This document shows positions 56,301-64,000 of a stretch of 64,000 nucleotides of DNA, in pieces. Under the pieces are notes generated by a model. The model saw only the letters and a program-made list of their open reading frames with translations, did not search any database and had not been told where the DNA came from. Source of the DNA: Lingula anatina (lineage: Eukaryota > Animalia > Brachiopoda). Position numbers and translations under genes: made by a program. The stretch lies in assembly GCA_051362555.1 (NCBI GenBank), contig CM120640.1:19158001-19222000 (forward strand). Direction: 5' to 3'. Within the stretch, counting starts at the first letter, position 1; each line of letters starts with the position of its first letter.

Positions 56301-59300
56301 CTTATCTTAGAAATAAAGAAAACCAACAATAAATATTACCTTTTCACCAGGGTTACTGCTGTAAAACATAACACAGGGGAAGAGTTCACAGCCATCAATG
56401 TCCTCAAAGGCTATCTTTGGGTCCTGTAAGAGGTATAACATAACAGTATATACAACAATAGCTGACCAGTGCGCAATCAACACCCAAACATTATTTATAA
56501 TAAGAAAAAGCTACAAGTACCATAATCTTGATCGCTCTTTTGTAATCTTTTTCTTTTTTTTTCTATCAGCACCTGTTCATTATTTATAATAAGAAAAAGC
56601 TACAGGAACCATAATTTTGACCTCTTTTTTTCTCAACTGACATGTATGAATATGCCAAATATCACCACAGACTTGACTGCAGGGGTCACACACATTGTAT
56701 CTTACATATCCATATGCATCATATGTCAATATCCTACCTCTCCATTCTTCCCAAATGCCAATGTCCTAGCATCCATATCCAGTATGCAGGTGATGTAATC
56801 CCCCTGAGTGAAGGAGGGCAGTGCCAGGGTCTGCTCTCCATTGTGGTAAATATTCCCACTATAGGCTCTGTACAGCCACATATCAGAGGTGGTACGGTGG
56901 CTGTAGTCCTGTACAGGCCACTTGGAGATACCAACACAGGTCCCTTCATTTCCCTTGTTTTCTTTTACAATCAGGAACTGGCATGAAGATAATATTGGCA
57001 TACAAAATTAAATACTTGTGAAAATATTATAGTCATTTATACCTTTATTATTGTTTTAAAACTGAGCTGAAACACAATGTACCACAGTGCAAAATGTATC
57101 AATTTGAAAGCAAAATTGTCATCTTTCCTTTTTAATGCAAATCAAATTCCCTTTCAACTAAAATTCTCTCCCATTTCTCATTGCTAATCTCATGCCCAAC
57201 CAGAAAATGATCATCTTTCAATTTTTCTTCTTATGATGGACCTAGTATGCAAGCAGAGTACCCACCTTCCACTGGTAACACCCTGAAGTAACTCCTGTGG
57301 TCCCCAAACCATACCCCCTTCCTCCAGCTCCATGGACTAAAGTATGGCCGTTCTCAACGCTGCAGTTCAAGCTTTTATCTGGGTCAAACAATGCCTCCTG
57401 GGATGCCATCACTTCCTCCACTGCGCCACTCTTCAGTTTGGCAACAGAATCTTCTGAGCTGAAGAGTTCTAACTGTTGGTCCATTTCTTTCTCTTTCTGG
57501 ATGGTGTGTTGCTTGGCAACCACTGATGGAGTCAGCCACATATTCTGGGTTAAACTGTGGAACAGTTGGTTTACAACCTAAAATGAGAGGGTTTTCTGTT
57601 TATTGCATCTCCAGTAATATAATTTTCTTATCATTTTATATTAACAGGTATTCATCACATACAGTGGCAGATGGAAGCTGTCTTATATATATATATATTT
57701 ACCTCACTTGAAATTGTTAAATATCAAAGATTATCCATATTGTCAGTATCTCTGGTTACTTACATCTTTCATCTGCTCCATCTCTGTGTCTGTGTTAAAT
57801 GCAGGTAAGACTGTTTCCAGCAGATGAAGGGCCAGCAGACGACACCTCAAATTACTGACTACTGGAACACCTTGAGATGAGACACAACAACATATGAATT
57901 AATACCATGGTTCAACTTTCTCAAGAATTTAATTATTCAATCAATCATTGTGTGCAAATATCTAATTAAATGCTCATTCAAAATGACAGCATTTTACCAT
58001 GTACACATTGAGTCCTATAGGTGTAAAACAGCCTGTTGTGCCTCCTACTGACCACAGAAGAACAAAAAAGCTTTCAATGTGCAATCAAAACAGATTTAGT
58101 GTAATAACTCAGAACTTTCTAATTCATAAAACATTTTAATTAAATTGAAAATCTTACCTTCTTCAGTTTGACCAGCTATGCTCAACAGCACATTAATCCA
58201 TTGTTTGGATGCAAAGTGAACCTGGGCAGATTTGGAGAGTGCCACTCGCCGAAGGAACACCAGAAAATCACCAAGGGCAGACTGAGACACCTTGATGTTG
58301 AACTCCACCATGCCATCAATTCCTTTCATGAGAAAGAAGATATGCAAAACAGATGGCGTAGAATGTGCCAATTTCATATTATTATGAATCACTGTAAATG
58401 GAAGGACTCGCGTTTGATATCACTATACAAGATCATGAAATATAGAAAATTATCAAAGGTGAATACATTTTAGCTTCGATAAACTTTTCAGTATAATTTA
58501 AATTACATTTTATATCCTTAAGTTATAAAATTGCTCTGAATAGCTGGCATTTCACAGCAAAAATCTAACCAAACATTATCTCTGTGTCAGAAATTATTTA
58601 TCTTCATGAGTATCAAAGTTATCCTCAATAATTTTTTTCTCTGCTTTACCTTTCTTCTCCTCTATCCTCTCCTGCTCTGCCTCTGTTGTCTGTGTTTCAC
58701 TGTCTTGACCAGTGGCTCCACCTGCTGGGGACTTCTCTGCCAGGAACTTCCCACATGCACAGTCCAACAGCTTCTGTAACTGCATGTGCAAGATGTCCAC
58801 CAGGGCTTGGATGACACTGCTGCTTAACTTATAGGCATATGTCCTGAGAGGAAAAAAATAACACTGGCATAAACCACTTGCCAAAGTAAAGTAGAGTATA
58901 TCTACCCTCTTGATATAACACTGGTAAGGTGGACTTCAACATGAAAAGATGAACTACCTTAAAGGAATTACTGATATACCCATGGAAGATATGGAATGTT
59001 TCTGATTTACAATTCAATACAAAAGTGATTACTTAGTTTATATAATAAATTCTTAATAAATTCTTACTCAACTAACAAATACATTAAGTGAAATTGGATT
59101 ACTACTTACCCTCCGGTAATTGCCAGTATCTGCAGTAGTCTTATACTGGCCACCTCTAGTACAATATCCAGCTGGGATTGTCCACTGTAAAGTATTGGCT
59201 GTAGTGGCCGGACAAAGGACAACAGTGAATTACAGAACTTGACTAACATCTGGGGCAAACCAGTGGACACAGCTAGTGATATGTCTATTGGCTGATATTT

Positions 59301-62300
59301 GACACTCAGGGCAAAGATTGTCACAAGTGTTAGCCGTTGTTGTGCTCCTAAAGTAAAAAAATATGAATTAGAAAAAGAAAAGTCAACTTGCAAAGTGTAT
59401 TTAAAATTCAGTAAGTACATATGAATCAGCATCTGCTCCAAATTAAGCAAAATGACGCTTAATAAAATTCAAATGGATAGGTTTTTATCTTCAATTATAC
59501 CCTTAATATACCCATTATCCCCTTATCAACGCACATTTTACAGCTGCATTTAGATGCAATAAAAGATACCTACCTTTGTTCACTCCTCCAATTTTCTCCT
59601 GCCTGTCTAGAGCTTCCACCAACAATTCATAAATTTTATGCACAGCAAACTGGATTTCTTGCTGACTCTGGGCCGGAGCTGCTCTAACTCCATCCTGAAA
59701 TAATCACAAAATCACATTTCACAATAATTTCAAAATCAGAAGCTATAACTGATGTATGTACAGTTGATAACTATGAATCATTGTTGATTTCCTTGATTGG
59801 TTATTGACAGTTTCAAACTGTGTGCTGTGTGCTTGAAGAACAAAATACTGGATCTAGTTCTAGAGTTCTAAGCATGTAGTATTTGTCTAATGGCTTTAGA
59901 ACAATCCACTTTTGTCACAGAAAACAGTGACCATTTGCCATAACGGTCACTGACTGGGCTGAGAAATGTGAGCTTTTTTTCAAAAACAAATTCTGTCAAT
60001 ACCACGACAGTTACCTGATAATGATATATATGACAGTCATTGATGTGGTCACTGTTCATGACACCCAGATCAAAGCAGCCGGCCAGTATCTGGAGGTGGA
60101 CAGAGGTCAGTAAGGAGGTGACGGTCATGACAGGGTGTGAGGCAGAGAAGCTGTCTGTGTTGCCACCACCACTCTCCTGTCTGACGTCCTTGTCTGGGGA
60201 CAGCATTTCCAGCATCTGGTTCAAAGCTTCCATGCGACACTGAAACAAATTTCATTGTCATAAGACTGAATTTTTCATGTCAGATATGTTTGTATTGTTT
60301 TCTTCTTCAGATAACATCTTTCACATTCTACTTTTACAAAAAAAATTCTGTTAAGATACTTAATACCCCACATGAATTATACGATTATGATTTAATCTTT
60401 TTAAGGGGGTAAAATTATCAATTTTCTGCATACATAATTTCAGAATCATTGAAATACATTTCACTTGTGGTACTATTACTGTGTAGAATAAAACTGTAAG
60501 GTAGCTGTAAGGTTTCTTTTCAATTTTGTTGCTGACACTCAATAACAATGTTCTAACGTTAAAAATTTATGACTTAAAAAACAGTCTTTGTAAAATTCAA
60601 AATTAACACATTGAAAAAAATGAGTCATTACCATATATTCTAGCTTAAAAAAAAAATCACTCAATGTGTGACGTCAAAAATCCATCATACCTCTGCCCTA
60701 ACTTGCTGGTGTTCCATAGCCCTAGCAATAACCTGTGGTCTTGTGCTGGCTCCAAGTTCTTCCTCTACATTCCCAGAAATCATCTTCACACTCTCTGGCA
60801 GACCTTCATCCAATACAAACTGTGTCAACTCTTTCAGAACAGTCTTCAGGATGGTATGAGAGTCGGATTCTGGATGGTGGTGGGAGGTGAGGCGATCACG
60901 TCTCCAGCGTAGTCTCTTCAATGTTTCTTTGACAGCCTGTAGTGAGCCCATCTGTTGTACTCCTGACTGTTCCTTTAAGATGAAATGCAATGACATGGAT
61001 TTAATTTCAAGAATGTGCTTTTAAAGCATCCAACATTCTTCCAACTTGCTAGCAATTCATGACTTGCAGTTGTGTGACTGTTACACTTGAAACCATGCTT
61101 TTATGACAATTCTGTGCAGAGGCATACCAATATTCTAAGCAATAACAAATACTCATAAAACCCTTTGTTAAAACAACTATCAAAGCAAATAAACAAATTT
61201 GACTAAAGAAGATACAAATCATGATTTTGACAATCTCTGAGCATAACTTAACAAATCAAAAACCACCATTAAAAATTATCTGACAAGGAAAAACAAAAAA
61301 GTTCCCAAAACAGGAGATGTAAATATCTGACAGTACATACAGTGTTGGTGTCAGACAATGTGGTCATCCGGTTGTGCTGCCACATTTGGCTCAGCTGTGG
61401 GTGACTGCCAGACCTGGCAATAGCCAGAGGGGAGCCCAGGTTACCCGACTCCTCATGCTCTGGTACTGAGGGGAACAAATCCTCCTCTGGAATAACAATA
61501 TAACAATTTATAGCAGAGTTATATTAATACCACAACAAAATTAGTAGGAAATTCACACATATACTCCTCTGGAATAACAATAAGACATTATGATAATGTT
61601 AATTTACCCAATTAAATACAATACATATACATGAAAATCATTTCCCTGTTCCAAGAGCGTAATTGAAAGAAGAATTGTATGTTAAAGCTGGGTTGACAGA
61701 TAAAGAATTTGAAGGTTTTGAGATACAGCAGAAGTTCATGGTATATCAAAATTAGCATTTTGAAAGGATTTTTTCCATTACGCACAATCCAAATGGCTCA
61801 GAAATGGAGAGGAACATGTCTGATGGAGATTTTTGTATATTTTACCTGTAAGAGCAGTTTTTATTCCACAGAGCAACAAGGCACATCTTCTTATCACAGC
61901 CTTACAAACAGCCTCATAACTACTTGCTGCATCTAAAAAGAATCAGAATGATGTACAATCAAGCCGTGTCCATATAACAAAACCAAATTAATTTTAAAGC
62001 AAGATGGGTGCGGTATTATTCAGCTTACATATATAGTTTATTAATCGTTTAAATAATTGAAAGGAAAAATACTATCTTCTAATATACAATAATATAAACA
62101 AACTCGTATAAATGATTCACTCTAGTACTTTAATAGAATTATTTCTACATTATATATTAGAATTTCATCCAATAATGCTCACCTAAAACATTCCCCTTTA
62201 CTTTCTGCTTACTTTTCCTCTTCCAGTCATCTCTAACTGTTTGTGTGTCTGGTTCCTCAGTGTCTTCTCTTCCCTCTGGTTCTCTCTCCCTTTCTCTCAG

Positions 62301-64000
62301 TCTCTCTGGCTCCCTTTCGCGCATTCTCTCACGCCTGTCCTCAGCCCCCATGATTTCTCCAGCCAGCTCACGAAGTCTTTCTCTCATTTCTCTTCTCCTT
62401 CTTTCCCCAGCTATCTCATTACTATCAGGCTCTTCCCTCTCCTCATCCCTGCTCCTTTCCTCCTCTTCTCTGTTTTCCATAGAGTCCCTTGGTGTTCCTC
62501 TTGTCTCTTCTTCTCTTTCCCCTTCATCAACAACAGGCTGACTCTGGGCCTCTCCAGGTTCTGGCTGGCTCGATTTAATGGTCATGAGTTTTTGGCGAAC
62601 CTTAAACACGGCTTTGTAAATCTCTAGCATTTGCTTATTTGGGACAGTGCTGAAATTGATTGTTTACATAATATATATCTAATGATGATGCCAAAGCATG
62701 TACAATGATATCAATTATAACAACTTTTTGTATATTTTCAATATAATACAATTAAAACAATAGCTTCTGTCTATATTTTTCATAAGTGAACTACTTTATA
62801 TTTTGGCATATTGTTCACTTCAATTGCAGTTTTGTCCTAACCTTGCTGATTTTCAATTAAAAAAATGAAAAAGTCATACTTGGAAGAGGAAACAGTCTGA
62901 TTCAGTAGATCAGTGTGTTTGAGGAAACAAGCCAAAGTATATCTGGATACTGTGGTAAGTAGTGGATCATCCTCTTCTTCTGTACAGTCCCATTCTGAAA
63001 GGCATGGAAAAAATGTGCATTTAATTTGTCATTTCTCTTCATCATTTTTTTTTTCTGTAAAACATTGCATTTAACACATGTACACCATTTTACTAGAAAA
63101 ATTTAAGGACCAAAACTTACAAATTCTTACACAACAGACATTCAAGAGAGCTGGTAGTCTTGAATCAAATTTTCACCAAACTGTACTCATAATAAACATA
63201 TAACATTACTCACCTCTTGATCGAGCATACTCCAGCATTTGTTGACATATATCAGCAGCTGGCCCAGTGTTTTGGCCCTGCGCTATTTGTAAAAGAACTG
63301 GGATCTTTCCAGAAAGTGGTATCTGTACATCAGAGCTGCTGTCCTCCGAGTCCCCACAACCACTTATAGCAGAAGTGACAACACAATCCAAGACTTTGTC
63401 TAAAATACAATTATCAGCAATTAAGATGATTACTGTCATTATTAACCATAACCACAAGTCTAAGCAATTTTCATTTTGGATGCAGCATACAACTTTCTCA
63501 TCAAAATTAACAAATTAACTAATCATTGTTAATAAAAACTACAGTACCAGTATTCTCAACTTTGAAATTCAAAAGTTCTACTTTCAAATGCAACTATTTT
63601 ATTTTAAGTATTTCCTTAATTCTTAAATATTCCTCACCCAGTTCTTCAGCAGACATCTCCAGACCGTTGCTAAGTAAGTGTGCCTGCAGCCAGCCAGCTG
63701 TCTCTTTCTCCTCACTGGACATGGGGGCCCCCATCAGCATACCTCCAATACACCTCCCCACCAGCAGTGCACATGCCCTTTCCAGGTCCACCAGCCACAC
63801 CCAGGACTGAACTGGAGGGGTGAGGGGCACAATAGAGGCATCTGCACTCTCAGGGGTAGCTGGGGATATTAAAGAATATTATAAAATAGAGAAGAATATT
63901 CCATAGTGAAACATTTATAACCTATAAAACCACTGATTATTTAAAGGGATTATTTGAAAGTACCATTAAGAATAATGGGATCAATTACTCTCCCCTCACC
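33764..64000 (-). CDS. HERC1: HERC1 E3 ubiquitin-protein ligase (5' part lies beyond the window end); dozens of exons
   Basis: Domain order SPRY, UBA-like, WD40, RCC1-like domain, HECT, with HERC1-type peptides [83 protein letters not shown]. Stop at 33764-33766. A donor (G|gtgagg) at 63999 shows the gene continues past the window. Confidence 0.96.
34940..35340 (+). mobile_element. Probable retroelement 3' end or other insertion in a HERC1 intron, antisense to the gene
   Basis: Local reversal of strand skew (T/G-rich on +, whereas neighbouring HERC1 introns are A-rich on +), retained CpGs, ends near AATAAATGTTTATT. Family not recognised. Confidence 0.35.
37623..37670. repeat. (AAAT)n microsatellite next to a HERC1 splice donor
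   Basis: About 12 units ending a few nt from the donor at 37676. Confidence 0.95.
38830..41797 (-). CDS. HERC1: HERC1 second RCC1-like domain (RLD2) exons
   Basis: Exons 41609-41797, 40986-41306, 40406-40561, 39804-40029, 39290-39534, 38830-39060 in phase; repeated RCC1 motifs ([38 protein letters not shown]). Confidence 0.95.
43590..47480 (-). CDS. HERC1: HERC1 WD40-repeat region exons
   Basis: [78 protein letters not shown]. Confidence 0.88.
52160..52650 (-). CDS. HERC1: HERC1 UBA-like segment
   Basis: [23 protein letters not shown] ... [12 protein letters not shown], containing the MGF loop typical of UBA folds. Confidence 0.7.
55777..55832. repeat. (AAT)n microsatellite, interrupted once
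   Basis: Direct reading. Confidence 0.9.
56339..57577 (-). CDS. HERC1: HERC1 B30.2/SPRY domain exons
   Basis: [95 protein letters not shown]. Confidence 0.92.
56493..56630. repeat. Local ~50-bp direct duplication in a HERC1 intron
   Basis: atttataataagaaaaagctaca...ccataat.ttga occurs near 56493 and 56582. Confidence 0.7.

Noticed and set aside
33785-63872. Plus-strand ORFs overlapping HERC1
   Set aside because: They are antisense shadows of HERC1 exons (for example the Ser/Leu-rich mirror of the Arg/Glu-rich exon).

Overview
Eukaryotic, intron-rich animal DNA, most likely from an invertebrate; the taxon cannot be fixed from the sequence alone. Two convergent spliced protein-coding genes dominate the window. 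(1) A complete 13-coding-exon clan-3 (CYP3A/CYP5-like) cytochrome P450 on the + strand (8754-23153, 663 aa), with an unusual ~150-aa Asn-Gly/His repeat insertion between helices H and I. (2) The 3' part of the giant E3 ligase gene HERC1 on the - strand (33764 to beyond 64000; SPRY, UBA-like, WD40, RLD2 and HECT domains). The ~10 kb between them holds a convergent pair of mutually homologous, apparently spliced loci of unknown product (~26.5-28.3 kb + and ~29.4-31.7 kb -), a 35-bp minisatellite between those two loci, and a 955-bp foldback-type DNA transposon 55 nt past the HERC1 stop codon. The HERC1 body looks CpG-depleted by eye while the CYP side does not. I found no prokaryotic-type systems, tRNA, rRNA or CRISPR. 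All coordinates were read by hand.
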